Notes: generated from the sequence alone by a model not told the origin. Counted from the stretch's first letter, positions 24,530 to 38,100 are shown. The stretch: 64,000 nt of DNA from Protoeuglena noctilucae (GCA_958009085.1 OY253670.1:558001-622000), one strand, 5' to 3'. A program made the numbers and translations.

Positions 24530-25457
24530 AAATAAATAACAGAGTGTGGGCATCGTGCCCTCCCCTGCCAGCAGCTCGTGCAATCAGAGCAGAGGCGTTC
24601 CCTTGGGATGCTGACGAAGGACCTCCGCAGGGTCTACGCAGGCACGCTTGGGCCGCCGGGCCCCGTCCTCTGCCGACGCAGCTCGGCGTTTGGCAGTAAC
24701 GGCACCCAGCACACCGCCGGCCGAAATACCAGGCTCCCCGCAGCCGTGGGCGAGAAGCGGCCGCATCAAATCTCTCAGCGTAGAATCGAGGGGGCCACCG
24801 GGCGCCGCGAGCGCCCCTGCGGGTGGACGCGAGGCGGCCAATTACAGTTGGGCCGACCGCGGCGCGACGCTGGCTTTGTCGGCGCATGCTTTGGCGTCAG
24901 ACAGCAGACTTTGTACACATGTTTCCTACAGGTACTGCAGGGGCGACTCAAACCCTCGCGCGGCGCTGCAGCCCACCAGCGACTCGCTGCATCCCACCAG
25001 CGACGTCCTTCGCGCCAAGCCACGGCCCGGCGTATCCGCCGCTGTCATCTTCACGACGATGTCCCAGGAGACCCTCGCCGTCCCTGGAGAGGCGCAGCGC
25101 GAGGCCGGGACCACGACCACCGGGACTGTCCATGTCCTCTGGAAAGACAGGGCTCGCTAGCCTCATGGCGGTGGCTAAGTCATCACGCCTGCGCTTGCAG
25201 CAGCGGTATGGTTGCAGGCTCGGCGGTGGGTGGCTGGCTAGGTGGGTCGGCGTGCGCACAGGGGGTGACCCTTCTGGTGCGTCCTAACAGCCACCCTCGG
25301 CCCGCCCCTGGGAAGCAGTTCAGTGCCTTGCTTAGATGCGCCTGGCGATGGCTGAACCCATGCGCGCTCAGCGCGTTCTAAAAGCAAAGTTGACGATGGC
25401 AGTGGATTCTTCCGCGTCTCGCTAGAAGTCCGAAGCATCGAAGGTCCCCCCACGACC

Positions 25458-28400
25458 ATGCTTCGGTGGACGCTGGGCTGGCGCGCTGCCGCGCAGCACC
25501 AGCTTGTCGCCGCGGTCGTGACCCTTTTCCTGGCGCTTCTGGGGGTCGGGTGGTCGCTGCGTCATCTCCTGCACTTTTATTACCGCCGCACGGCTAAGTC
25601 GGGTGAGCTTGCTGTGCGGGGGAACTTTGGATTGGGCCGGGGCGGTGTAGCTGGGCCCTGGCAACGCTCCCCTTCCGCTTTCGCGCTTCTCAGTGGCAGC
25701 GGTGGGTGCAAGCCAGTTGAAGGAATTGCGAGAAGCGCAACGCCGGCGGCAGGGGTCTCTCTTGGCGACGCGAGGGGCGGGCCCAGAGGCGCAACCAGCG
25801 CAGGGGAGGCCGGTGCAGGGGAGCGACGCCGCAGACGCCGATGAGAGCTGGAAACAAGCCGTGGCAACATGTCCAGCGTCCGAGTTGCACCTCCTGGGCC
25901 CGACAGAGCGGCAGGTGCGACACGATGCCGCCGACGGGCACCAACCGGCGCGAGGCGGATGCGGCTTACAGAGTACCCGCCCTTTCCGCTTCGCAGGCGC
26001 ACAGATTTTTTGAGCACGACGACACGGCGCAGGACCTGACCCTCGTGACGTGCTACGTGTGCTATGGCACGCTGGGCGGCCGCCGCGCCATGTGCTGTGA
26101 GGTCTGCGGCGTCGGGGTGCATCACAAGTGCCTGAAGAAGGTGCCGGCGGATTGCAAGCCCGTGTCGATCGTCTCTGCGGAGCTTCTTACGGATGCGACC
26201 GGTCCCGCTGCCAAGGAGGAGGTTACAGGACCGCCACGCTTGGCACCACCGCCCATGGGTCACCACTGGCTGCCCGACGGGTGCATCATCGAGGGCGTCG
26301 AGCAAAGCATGGGTGCGTCCGCGGATGCGCTTGCGGTTGCGCGCCTCGTCAGCCCGCCCACGTCAAGTGCTGTGCAATGTGACGTCGTTGTGCCGCCCTT
26401 GCAGTACCGGAGATCCGGATGTGTATGGCCTGCCAGGAGCCCTGCGGGGGCGCCCAGGCGGGCCTGGCTCTGTCCATCGCGCCGTCGTGGACCTGTGCGT
26501 GGTGCCAAGTCAGCATCCACCCCTCGTGTTATCTGGAGGCGCTCCGGTGCGTGTGAAAGGAGCCGCTGTGTTGAGGACACGGTGGGTCTATGCACAACCA
26601 CGGCGACGATGCTGCCCCTTCCCGCAGAGCACGTATTCAGGGCGCGTGTTGCGTGCAAGAGGCCGCCACCGGCGACGAGCGCAATGGAGCGGGGCTGAGG
26701 GCTGGGACGGAGGCGGACAGTGTGGCTGTGGCCAACAATGCGCCTTTGCAAGACCAGGAGGGGAGCTCCGGGGAGGAAGGCGAGTGATGCGTGCTTTGCA
26801 TTGCGTTTCAAACTCAGAGAGGGGGCTGCTGCCTTGACGACGGCGTGTTGCGATGCTCTGAAGCCGCTGCCCTTTGGTGCAGGGGCGTATGTCCGCAGAA
26901 CGCCGGGCGGACTTCCTGTGATGGGTGGCCGGAGCGACGAGCAGGAGGGCCGCAGCGCAGGGACCGGCGGGGGCCAAGGTCTTTTCGCGCAAGGCACCGC
27001 TGGCAGCGCGAGCAACCACGGGATGCAGTCACGGGACGAGGTACGTAGGTGGCTGCTGAGCCGCGCGGCAAGTCGTCGTTGCCTTGGCAGATTGTGTTTG
27101 GGGCCGCCGCTTAGGATGTGCGCGGCTTCCGTGCCCATGCGGCCGTCTCACATGCGTGCTCGGCATCGTGCTCTGCAGTCGGTGGTGCAGCACAGCGACT
27201 CTGAGGACTCCGACGGCGCCTCGACGCGCGCCGAGCAGGCAGCGCCGCTCCCACTGGCACAGGTGGTCTCGTCGCCGTCCAAGTCTCCCCTGCCAAGCTG
27301 GGTTGGGTCCCTGACCGCGGGGGCCCGGCAGCGGCTGCAGTGGGCGCTGTCGTGGGAGAGGCGGGCGGCGCAGGAGTCCGGACCGCAGGCGGGCCTGGCG
27401 GCGATCGTGGAGGCGTCAGAGGACGCGTCAGACGCGACGCTGTCCCCGCACGCGCGGAAGGGGAGCGCAGGGATGGGCGCTGCGGTGGGCACGCGGCGCC
27501 TGGGCACAGCCTCGACCTCCGAGCTCACGGGCGACGCACGGCCGCGTCACAAGTTGCCGGAGCTCTCCATGAGCTTCTCCACGTCCGCTCGGGTCCCGGA
27601 GCTGCCCCGGCAGGCCGAGCAGGGACGAGGGGCGCGGCCCAGTCAAGGGCGTCCCCCAGCGGTCGTGCTCGAGGAGGAGGAGTTTGGCTCGCCCGCCGCA
27701 TCTGTCGCGGACGACGCGTCGTCGGCGCTGAGCTCGGGGAGCAGCTCGGCGCCCTCGCGTCTGCTCGTCGCGGGACACAGGTGTGTGGAGAGGACTTGTG
27801 GCACTTGGGCGCCCATCCCAGCCCTGCTTTCCGCAATCAGCTACCTGCTCTCTGCCCCGCTTTCTCGTGGGCCTACTCGGAGCGACCGGCGCAGCGCGGA
27901 TCCTACCGGGTGCCCTACTGAAGTTTCACTGCGCCGGCCGGCCTGTCCCGGCGACCCTGGGCAAAGATTCAGGCTCAAACGTTTCCATTTCCATAATTTA
28001 CACGCGCCGCTAGGTAAGGCAAGCGCCCGCGGTCCCGACGCCGTTCGTGAGGGGGTCCCGGAGATTTGCTAGGGGACCCGGCTGCGCGGCGCGAGGAAGC
28101 GCCTAAATGGGTCGCTCTGTTGCTGACACAGCGCGTCTTACGATCCAAGTCTACCTCGTCGCCGCGCAGGCGCACCAGGAGCCACGGCGAGGGCCTGGGA
28201 CAGCTGCTGAGGTCGCCGGGGCAAGCCATGTCGCTCGCGGCGGCCCTGGACCCTTCCGCAAACGCGTCGGGTCCCGGGACCCTAGCAGCAGCCATACATC
28301 GGCTGAGCCATGCGCAGACCCCGGGAACGAGCCGCTTTGGGACCCTGCCCCTGCCCCAGCGCCGCGGCTCTACCCTGGCCGCCAGCCACGCCCGGAACCG

Positions 28401-31400
28401 CAGCGTGGGGTCCGCGCACCTCGGTCTGAAGCGGTTCGCGTCACGGGGTTCTATGTCCGACTTGGCCTTTGCAGGTGAGCGGATAGGGGTGGCGAGCATA
28501 GACCTGGTCGACCCTCCCAATTCCCTCCGTCTGACGCATTGCGACGCCCGCACCTGCGCGCAGGGAGCGCAGCGATGCTTCCGGCGCTAGCGGCGGAGGC
28601 CGTGGGGCCCGTGGACCCCCTCGTGTGCTCCATCGGGCCCCACGCCCGCCTCGTCTTGCCTCCGTCCAGCGTGGAGGTGGTCCCGCGGAGCCGGGAGCGC
28701 GCGCGCGACGTCGTGGCTCGGATGGTAGAGAGCACTGTCGAGAAGGGCCTCAAGTCCCTGCAGCTCACCACGAACTACCTCAAGAAGCAGGCAAGGGACA
28801 AGGCAATTACGCGCGTTGCCCGCGCTGCACTTCTGCCAGCACATTCCGATGGCGCCATCCTGTTGCCGTCTCCGCCTGTTCGTGCTGAAGTTGGAACGCT
28901 CCGCATCTTGCCCCATTTAACACCGCATGTGCCAATGCGGTCGTCTCTATGTGTGCGCAGGTGGCTGAGCAGGACTGGCTGCAGAGCCTATCGACCCCCT
29001 TAGTGACCGGGAGGCTCCTCGCACCTTCCTGGGGCGGGGCCAGGGACGCTGGGGCCGCACCCCGGGCCACGGCAGCGGGCGATACGTGGCAGGCGCCTGC
29101 GGACAGCGCCGGGCGTGACACGGCGAGACTGCCAGAGCCGTGGTCTCCGCCGATGTCGCCCTCGCAAACGGTATCGCGCGCGGCCCGCGCCGACGGGGCT
29201 GCAATGCCCGCGGAGCTGGTGGCGGACGCCCTGGCCCGTCAGTCGAGCACTGCGAGCATGGACGGCGGCCCGGAGCCATCGCAGTCCCGCCCCGCTCTCG
29301 CGGTCAGCGCGACTGGGGAGGACGCGCGTGGCGTGCGCGTCGCAGAGCGTGCGGGGGCGCGTCCGGCGGAGTTCCAGGTCAAGGCCGTGCCGCCTGGTTT
29401 CAAACCCCTCTTGGTGGTGAGCCTTGCTGGGCTCATGCTGAACGGCGGGGCTGCCTTGCGATGCGATGAGCGGGGGCGGTGCACTCTTCACTTGGCTGCT
29501 TATCGCACGCACGCGATGTGGCAGCATGCGCAGGAAGCGACGGGACGCGCCTGGTGCCTCACGCACGCTGCCTTTACATGCCGCTTCTGCTCCCCACGCA
29601 GTTCCTCAACACCAAGAGCGGCCCTCAGGTCGGTGCGTCCCTCAAGCGTCGCTTTCTCAAGCTCCTCAACCCCCTCCAAGTCGTGATGCTGCCGGCCGAG
29701 AAACCCGAGCCCGCGCTGCGGCTGTTCCGAGGTAAGCTTCTTCCAAACACCATGCTTGACCCGCAAGCGACGCTGTGTGCGCATCGTCACGCACCTTAAC
29801 ACCCCCCGCGCCACCTGACGAGCATCGGGAGGGTTGCGGACCTGGGCAGCACGTGCAGCACCTGGTGCCATGTTCCTTCCCTTCCCTGTGCTGTGCTCAG
29901 ATGTCGAGGACCTTCGCATCTTGGTGGTCGGTGGCGACGGCACGGTGGGGTGGGTGCTGGGTGCCGTCCACAAGGTCTTTACCGAGGAGGCGGGGGCGGA
30001 GGGCGACGCGTCACTCCCACCCGTCGCGGTGCTGCCCCTGGGGACCGGCAACGACCTGGCTAGGTGCGCGGGGACACCATGTAATAGCGGAGCTTTTTCA
30101 AGCCGCTTGTGGCTGGTCCTACTGACGTGTCTCTAACACCATGCGACCCTCGCCTTCCGGCTGTGCACTGCTTGCTTTCGTAATTGCCTCGGTCCAAGCC
30201 TGCAGCAGGGCTAGGCATCACCCACGCGACCCCTCCACCCGCAGGTGCTTGGAGTGGGGCAGCGGGGTGGCGGGTTTCAAACAGAGGGGCCTACCCGCGG
30301 TGTTGCGTGACGTGGAGTTTGCAGCCGTTGCGATGTTGGACCGGTGGACGGCGCACTTCACCCCGAGGACCACCGCGGCGGGGCCGAAGGCCGGGCGGGA
30401 TTCGGAAAGTGACAAGGTCGTGCAGTTCAACAACTATTTGGGCATTGGGATCGACGCCAAGGTGGCGCTGGACTTCCATTCCATGCGCGAGGCCCACCCC
30501 CGGTGGTTCATGTCTCAGGTCGGCAACAAGGTCTGGTACGGCACCTTGGGAGCCACAGGTGGGGCGCGCGGGGTGTCTAGGTGTCTGGCGGGGGACCCTG
30601 AAGGGTGCGGGTGTTTTCTGGGACGTTTCCTGCGTAACATTGCGATGTCAGCGTTCAGGCCAAGCATCTTGCGAACGACCTCGTGTTGTTACAAATTGTG
30701 AGGCCGTACCGCGCCCCGCGCAGACCTGCTGGCGCGCGCGTGCTCGCACCTGCCTCAGTCAGTCAAGCTAACCGTGGACGGCCGGCCCGTGCCAGTCCCG
30801 AGTGACTTGGAGGGCATCGTGGTCCTCAACATCGCCAGTCACATGGGAGGCGTCGATCTGTGGGCGTCGGCCCTAGGTGGAGCTGCGAGCGCGGGAGGCG
30901 CCACGGCGGTGGGGTGAGTCGGGGGTGGCGAAGGCGGCGCTAACAACGACATCGACAAACATGCTGCTTCACAGCACATGGACTGTTTCAAATCTGCCGT
31001 GCTGCGCATGGCGCCCATGCCATGACGCACTCAGCCCCCTGGCATCTTGGCAACGGTCCAGGGCACACAGTCGCTTTGCCGATTTTCTTTCGTTCACCCA
31101 CCGATCCTTTGCATTCCCGACCTCTTCTCCAGGACGCCTAGGTCGGGCCCCCCGACGGCCCTCGGCGCCGGCCCCTCAGAGCCCCTCTTGCCTCAGCTCC
31201 TCGACGACGGCCTCATCGAGGTCGTGGGCGTCAAGAGCACCGTGCACCTGGGCCAAATACAGCTGGGACTGTCCCGCGCCGTCCCCATCGCACAGGCGAG
31301 GGCCGAGTGGATACCGCGCAGGCCGGGCCCGTCACGCCCGCCATCTCTCGCTGAGGTTCTAACCCTGATTGACTCGACTGCTACACAGTTGCAACAGAGG

Positions 31401-31918
31401 CATGACGTCTGTGATGTGTTCTCAGCCCGTGCTTGTCCCGACAAGCCTCCTGACACCGGTGATCCCACGTCCCGCAGGGCACGGGTGTTCACATCGAGAC
31501 CACGGCCCCTCTGCCCGTGCAAGTGGACGGCGAGCCCTGGCTGCTGCCGCCGTCCCACGTGCGCATCGACTTCCACTGCCAGGCCCCCGTGCTCCGGAGA
31601 CCCCGGTCAGGCCCTGCAGGGCTGGTCGCGGCAGCGGTGTCTGAGGTGCGTTTTGACTGCCATGGGGAGAGAATGGCAATGCAACTGAGCGTCAGTCGGT
31701 GCCATGGCTGGGATGGGTGCTGGCTTGGGTAGGGATCTGGCTGGGCCGGGATGGATGCTGGCTGAGGCAGGTGACGGTTGTGAGGCACATCTGCGACCGC
31801 ACTGTCCACGCCCGTCCCGCAGGTCCTGGTCGCTGCCGAGTCGCTGCAGGTCATCTCGTGCGACCAGCGGAGGGAGCTGGCAGCTGCCATCGCCATGCGT
31901 GTCGCGCCGCTGATTTAA
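25458..31918 (+). CDS. DGK: Diacylglycerol kinase, plant cluster-I type (N-terminal TM, two C1 domains, catalytic and accessory domains)
   Basis: [20 protein letters not shown]1a H...CYVC...[13 protein letters not shown]...C. C1b CMAC...[14 protein letters not shown]. Catalytic/accessory motifs [72 protein letters not shown] and [12 protein letters not shown] at 31916-31918. Confidence 0.93.
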
Positions 31919-32207
31919 CAAGACCGTGCGCTCGCTTTGGGCTGAAAGGGAAAGTGCGCTCGCTTCGATTTCAAGACGGTCCGTTCTCCGCCGTCATCGC
32001 GTAGCTAGCAACGCCCATCTGGCTCTGCGCGTCTGCTCGATTGAAGGAACGTGACGACGCTGCGATGCCATGCGGGGCCCCGGGCAGTGTGCGCATCGAC
32101 CCGTGTTCCCACGCGACGTGACTCGGTCTCAGACGCGGAAGTCTGCGGGCAGGGTTTCACAAACTCGGGTAAACACTCGGACGCACCCACCTGGCCCCAG
32201 AAAGCGC

Positions 32208-34706
32208 CTAATTGCTAGCTATCCTGCCTGCTGCTATGCTGCTTTCTGCTTTGTTCCAAGCCACGTCGCCGCACTCACGTCCGATCTTGTCGTAGTAGAC
32301 CCTGAGCAGCTCCGCGACCTTTTCCTTCATGCGATCGGGCATCTGCGTTGCGAGCAACTCGTGCTGTCCGTTATCTTGTCGAACAAGCTCGGGCTGGCAA
32401 GAGGACACGGTGGCTGGCACGCGCAGGGGTGCTGCGGGCTGCTGGCCGACGCACCTTGGTGTAAATGCCGCACATCCTCGTGCCCTTATACTCTGCCAGA
32501 ATACTGCGCCAGTAATGCTGAGTCTTGGGCTCCGTCACCTCCCCCGGCCTGCCAGGCCCGTGGAAAAGCTTATGTATGACCTTCCACTTGCTGCAGGGGA
32601 ATAATGAGAACGTCACTCAGATGTGCCAGTGGCCTCTGGTCTCGGGCGCTTCGTGCTCTGCAACGAGCACGGTGCCACGCCGGACCGCCGCCACTCACTT
32701 GACCCTCCCTTCCGGCTCGTATGCCCCCATGACGAATATGCTGTCCAGGTACCACTCCATGTCCTCGACCGCCATGTAATTCCAGTACTCCACGTGCGCC
32801 CTGTTCGCATCGCCCTGCATCGAACTCCCAAACGCGTCCTCCGCCCCGTTCTCCGCCAACGCACCCGCCGCCCCTTCCACGCCCTCGCGCACGCCCTCCC
32901 CAGGCCCCACTCCATTCGACCCCAGCTCCACCCCGTCTGCAGGACCCAAACCCTCCGCGACCTCCGCCACCCTCGCCCCATCCGCCCCTGCCCCAGCCAT
33001 CGCCGATGGCCCCTCTCCAGCAGCGTCCACTGCGCGGGCCGCCTCCCCGGTCCCCGCCCCACCGCCGTGCTCCGCCTCTCCCCCTGCCACCATGCTCCGT
33101 CTGCGTTTCTGTCGAGGCCCCTCTTCGCCCCAGGTATAGGGCCCGTCTAGGTAGGCATCGTATGGCCGGTCCCGCAAACGAGCTACGAAATCCTCGCCCA
33201 GGACCGCCTCGATCAAGTCGAAGTGGCGCTTGGCAATCCATCGGGCCGCAAAGTCCCTTCGTGCCTCCGCGTCTTTGTTCTCTGGAGCGTCTTTCTGGTA
33301 CTCGCTGCCTCGCCACTGTGCAGCAGACGCCGCACGCGTCACGGCTCCATTCTCCGGGTGGGTCGGGATGTGCTGCCTCACAGGCTGCGGGGGGTCGAGG
33401 GCGACGGCTGTGGTAAGACACGGCGCGCACGCTACGGTCAGGAAGCCCCTGGCAGGTCAGAGGGCGAGCGCAGGGAAGTGCAGCGGCACCGGCACCCCTG
33501 CTACTGCACGCTACCCTCAATGCGCCCCGGAGCACCACCCGCCAGAACCTCGCCTGGTTGACGAAGAGGTGGAGGTCGGTGTCGGAGAAGATTCCGTAGT
33601 CGGACAGCCTCAGCATGCGGGAGCTATCGGAGTACGGGTGCAGCACGAGTCCGACCCCCATCCGCAGCTCCATGCAGCTCGGCAGCAGCACGCGCTGGGT
33701 GGCCTGGCTCAAGTAGGCCAGCACGCTCCACACGGAGTCGTCCGGCCGGCACGGCAGGGACAGCGGCGGGGCCACCAGGCTCAGCACGCGGATCTCGATC
33801 GACTTCCGGTGGTGCGCGTACGTGGCGGCGGGGGCAGGGAAGGCGCGGAGCTCCGCATGGCCCATTACGGCGGGCGGGGCGCACTCCCGCACAGCCCTGC
33901 GGGACAGCGACGAGGGCCTCGGCATCCGGGTCGCGAGACGGGCATGGAAGGCACACAAACCACGACACAGACGGCACTCACTTGTACTGGTCGAGCCACG
34001 CCTTGGTCCGCTCGTCCCTGGGCTGATGGTTGGCGATGTTCTCGTCCTCCAGCGCGCGGACGACGGCGGCCGCAGGACCCGCACTCACGACGGCAGCGAA
34101 CGAGTCCGAAGCGCCCGCGTGATCGGGCCCATCATGGTCCTGGCGCATCGCCTGCGTCGCGCCACGCTCGGCCTGCTGCGGCGTGCGTGCCGCGAGCTCG
34201 CTGGAAGCCGGGCCCATGCGCTCCGTCCGCAGAGGCTCTAGACGGACACTCGCCGTCTGGGAAGAGGTACGGATGTTGAATCGGATGCCTCGCGGCGGAA
34301 TTGGGCACAGCGCACACTGGGCGCTGAAAAAGCTCACCGCGGCGGGAGATGGGCTCGAATCGGCCTGCCGCTGCTCCTCCTGCCTCTTTCTGCGTTGAAA
34401 ATTGCTCTTACGTTGGTCTCCAATCTCGGCCTCCCCCGACCTGCCGTGAAACCAAGGAGAGCATGAAATTTACGAGCATGAAAAACACGAGGATGCAATC
34501 CACTTGCCTCTCGTTGAACGCCTTCGACGTCTCCGCGACGAAAGGTTCGGGAGGGCGCCTGGCACGCTTAGACGTACGCGCTCCTGCGACCGCAATCAAG
34601 ATCGGCGTCACGCGAGTGCCTTTCTGCGCTGCATCTAGCGATGGCAGCGGAGCCAGCGCGCACCGAAGCTCAGGGCAGAGGCACACTGTCCTCCACTGAT
34701 TGTCAT
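32208..34706 (-). CDS. Hypothetical protein with an internal ubiquitin-like (beta-grasp) domain, ~7 exons
   Basis: Exons join in frame from MTISGGQ (34706). Segment IEIRVLSLVAPPLSLPCRPDDSVWSVLAYLSQATQRVLLPSCMELRMG...LRLSDYGIFSDTDLHLFVNQ (~33554-33800) follows the ubiquitin pattern (..TLSDYNIQKESTLHLV). Confidence 0.6.
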
Positions 34707-35169
34707 GGCATCGGAAGGTCAGACCGGCGACGCCAACCAAGGCCGCAATCCACGCTGGTGCCGTGGAGGTGCTGGCCCGCCCAACCGAAGCGCCAAAGCC
34801 GCGATCGCACCCCCTATAGCCCACAGTGCGGGCGTCCTCACTTCCTGTACGTTCTTGGGCGGGCGAGTCGCGGGCCTGAAACCCCCGCCAGATCGAGGCT
34901 CTGACGCTGTGTCGCCGACGGGGAGAAGAGCCGAAGGGGAACGGCTGCGCTCTTCACAACTGTCAATCTTGTGACCAGCGTGTTTTACATCTGCCCGCTG
35001 CGTCTCTCGCCTGGGTGCTGCTGGGTCCTGTGAAGAAAGGACGACAACGCGTGCCGCCTAGGGACGAAGCGGGCCCTTTTACGCTGCAGCGAAACGCTCT
35101 CGGGATACTCAATCCTACGGGCTAGCATCGGACGTATTGGCTTGACCGGGGCGGCGCAGGCAGTGCACC

Positions 35170-38100
35170 ATGGTGGTGGCGACAACGGCCCAGCAGGCCC
35201 AGCAGGAGGCCGTGCTCTCCAAGACTGAGTCGCTGGAGGCGATGAAAAATCTCGGTGCATTGACTCGGCTCGCCCGCGCGTCCTCCGGAGCCCGCGCAAC
35301 GCTGTTCTGCCTGCGCAGAAGGCATCGCAAATTTTCAAAATGCCCGGCCCACCGGCGCCTCCTCGCGTGCGTCTGCAGCTCGTCTCGCCATCTACAACGT
35401 GGCCTTCTTGCGCGAGCTCTTCGAGAGCGAGCACTTCGTCCCCAGGGAGCTCCCGCAGACTGACGGCCTGCAGTGCGTGGCTGCGCTCAGCGCCGCGGAG
35501 CGCCCTGCCCGAATTAGCCAGCATTTAATGGCTTTCGTTCGTTGCGTCGTTTCGCAGGATGCACTGCCTGAAGCCCAAGTGCCCCGAGTCGCTGCGCCTG
35601 GTGGATTGGGTCGAGAAAGGTACGGTCCGTGGTTGGCCTCTGCCCACATGCCCCTCCCCCGCGGCTCGCCTACGACGCCGCCGCCTGTTGCTGCGCAGGG
35701 GTCATCGACGCGCTCGAGAAGGGCTACCTTCGCAACGTGTACTTTGGGTTTGCGGCTGACCCTGCGGGCACCAAGCTCTTTGAGGAGTACATCTTCACAT
35801 TTACGGCAGACGGGGACGAGAAGGGGACTGACGACGAGCACGCAGAAGCAGGCGCGGGGCGAGCAGTGGGGCTGTTGGTGCCTGGGGATGGGCTGCCACG
35901 GTTTGAGTATGTCGCTGTCCACCCTCGCGCGAACAGGGGCCGCAGGGGAGGACGGGAGGACGAACAAGGTCAACCTGGCGGTGCCCTGTCCGCCCACGGT
36001 GCAGAGCGTCCGCTACCAGATGGCGCGAATGGTCCGCATGCTCGTCTCCCTCTGCAACACGCTCGACAGGTAATTGGATGCACGGGGTCACTCCTTGCAC
36101 GTGCGGGCCCGTGTGACAGAATCGTGCGAACTGAGTGTTGCTCCATTCCCTGGGGTCAGCCATAGCCTTGCTGGCTGGCTCGCCCTGGGCCACGTCAGCA
36201 CGCCCTGCCCGCGAGTGCGCGGCTGCGGCGGGCGTCTGGCAGTACCGATCTGGTCGCATGCGCCATCCGGTCCGCCTGCCGCAGCGTGCCCAATGAGCGG
36301 TACATCTTCCTGAAACTGACCTACAACGAGGGCACTCCCCAGGACTACGAGCCGCCCCTCTTCCGCGCCGCCACTGAAGACGACTTTGGGGCCTTCCCCC
36401 ACCCGCCCTGCGAGCTGGTGACGAGCAGATCTGGCTCCTATGTTCGCTCCTCACGCGTGCTCTCTCGGTTGTTGCGACCCGCTTGCCTGTTGCATGGCGC
36501 CAACCTGTCGCGGGCACTGGGGGATGTCCAAGCGTGGTTGCAGGACGTCGGTCTCATGGACACGTCGTTCTTCCGGAGCACGCTGCGGATCAAGACTGTG
36601 CTCGCGGACGGCCAGCAGGTGAGGGCCGCAGTCCCGGCGCATCGCAAGGCACCGCACCTGGCCGCCGCATGCACATGCTTGAACCTGGGCTGCCACTGCC
36701 AGCCTGCCACGCTGACGTCGACGTTCCTCATGCTTCGTAGCCCTGGGGACCCAACGCCCGGGAGGCCAGCGCAGTGCCGGAGTTCACGGTCAGCGGCGGC
36801 AGCACGGACTCGTGCCGATCGGGAGTTGCGGCAGCTGCAACACCGCCAGACTCCGCAGCGTTTGCTTATTGGCTGAGAGATGCCTCACCAAGGCGCTCCT
36901 CCCTTGCAAGACATGGTTGACAGCACCACCCACCCTTGTGTGCGGGTGCAGCGGTGCAAGCGCGGCGCTAAGGGTAGGGTAGCCCCTAACCATGCTACCC
37001 TTCGTGCAGAGCCCCACCCGGGCCCCGAGGCAGTGGTCATGGCGCCGAGCGTGGCCCAGCCGGGGAGTCCTGGGATGCGCTCGGGCATCCTGAGCCTCAG
37101 CACGCGCATGGCTCCGCAGCAGAGCCCCTCAGGAGTGGGCCAGGGCTCCACGGCGCAGGGCGGGGTGCCAGCGGCCGCACCTATGAGGGGCTCCAAGCCG
37201 GCCCTGTCGGGTCCGCTGGCCGGCAGCATCCCCATGTCTCCGAAAGTCGTCGATTCGGAACAGCTCGACGCCGCAGAGGGCAACGGGGCCGCGGCAGACA
37301 GGTGAGCCGTGAGTGAGTCGACTCACTCACTTCGGTGAGTCGAGTGAGTTCGGTGAGTCGAGTCACTCACTTCGGTGAGTCGGCAATCACACGTGGCATA
37401 TCGACGTATCATGCTTATGATGGCTGGGTTGTCCTTCACGCTCACCCCTCGCCCTCGCCAGCGACGCGACGGTGGACGACGTGATCGAGAGCATCCGGCG
37501 ATGGGTCCAGGAGAAGACTGTGGTCAGCGCGCCGGAGGTGGCAAAGGAGGTGAGGGGCGCCATACCAACCTGATTGAACCCTCACATGTGGTAAAACGTC
37601 ATGTTTCCTTTCCGCAGACGTGCCATGCATATGGCTTCTCGTCTGTCCTCACTCCCTCTCCCTTGAGCTGGGGTCATTCGCCATCCAGTCCACCACCCCC
37701 TGGCTTGCCACCCTCCTCGTTCTCAGTTCCCCGAGCTGGACATCGACACCGTCGAGGGCATTCTGGACGGCCTGGTTTCTGGCGGCCTGCTCTCCAAGAC
37801 GAGCCTCGGTGGCTACCTCCTCACCAAGGGCCGTGGGGCGACGAGCGCAGCCCAGGGCAGGCGAGGCTTTCAATGCCCTGCAATGGGAATGGGATGCTGC
37901 ACATTGCTGAATGTTGTCACGCAAGCACCGACCGCGTGGCTACCTTCTTTGGTAGCACCAAGGCACATGACGCAACGACTGCCTCCTGTGTCACCTGCGC
38001 GCGTTCGCAAGGCTGCACGGCGAGCGTCACAGCGCTCTGCAGGTCTTCACGCACTACGTTGCATGTCGGACGCCACATCTGGACCCCCCTCGCCTCGCCT

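Noticed and set aside
24578..25290. Possible small plus-strand spliced gene upstream of DGK, with a 21-bp tandem duplication near 24966-25007
   Set aside because: Splice-like sites exist, but I could not build a convincing frame or see homology. It may be UTR or promoter sequence, so it is left uncalled.
37309..37382. CRISPR-like repeat interpretation of the palindromic repeats
   Set aside because: Only two 20-bp copies, the spacer is made of the same motif, there are no cas genes, and the context is a eukaryotic intron.
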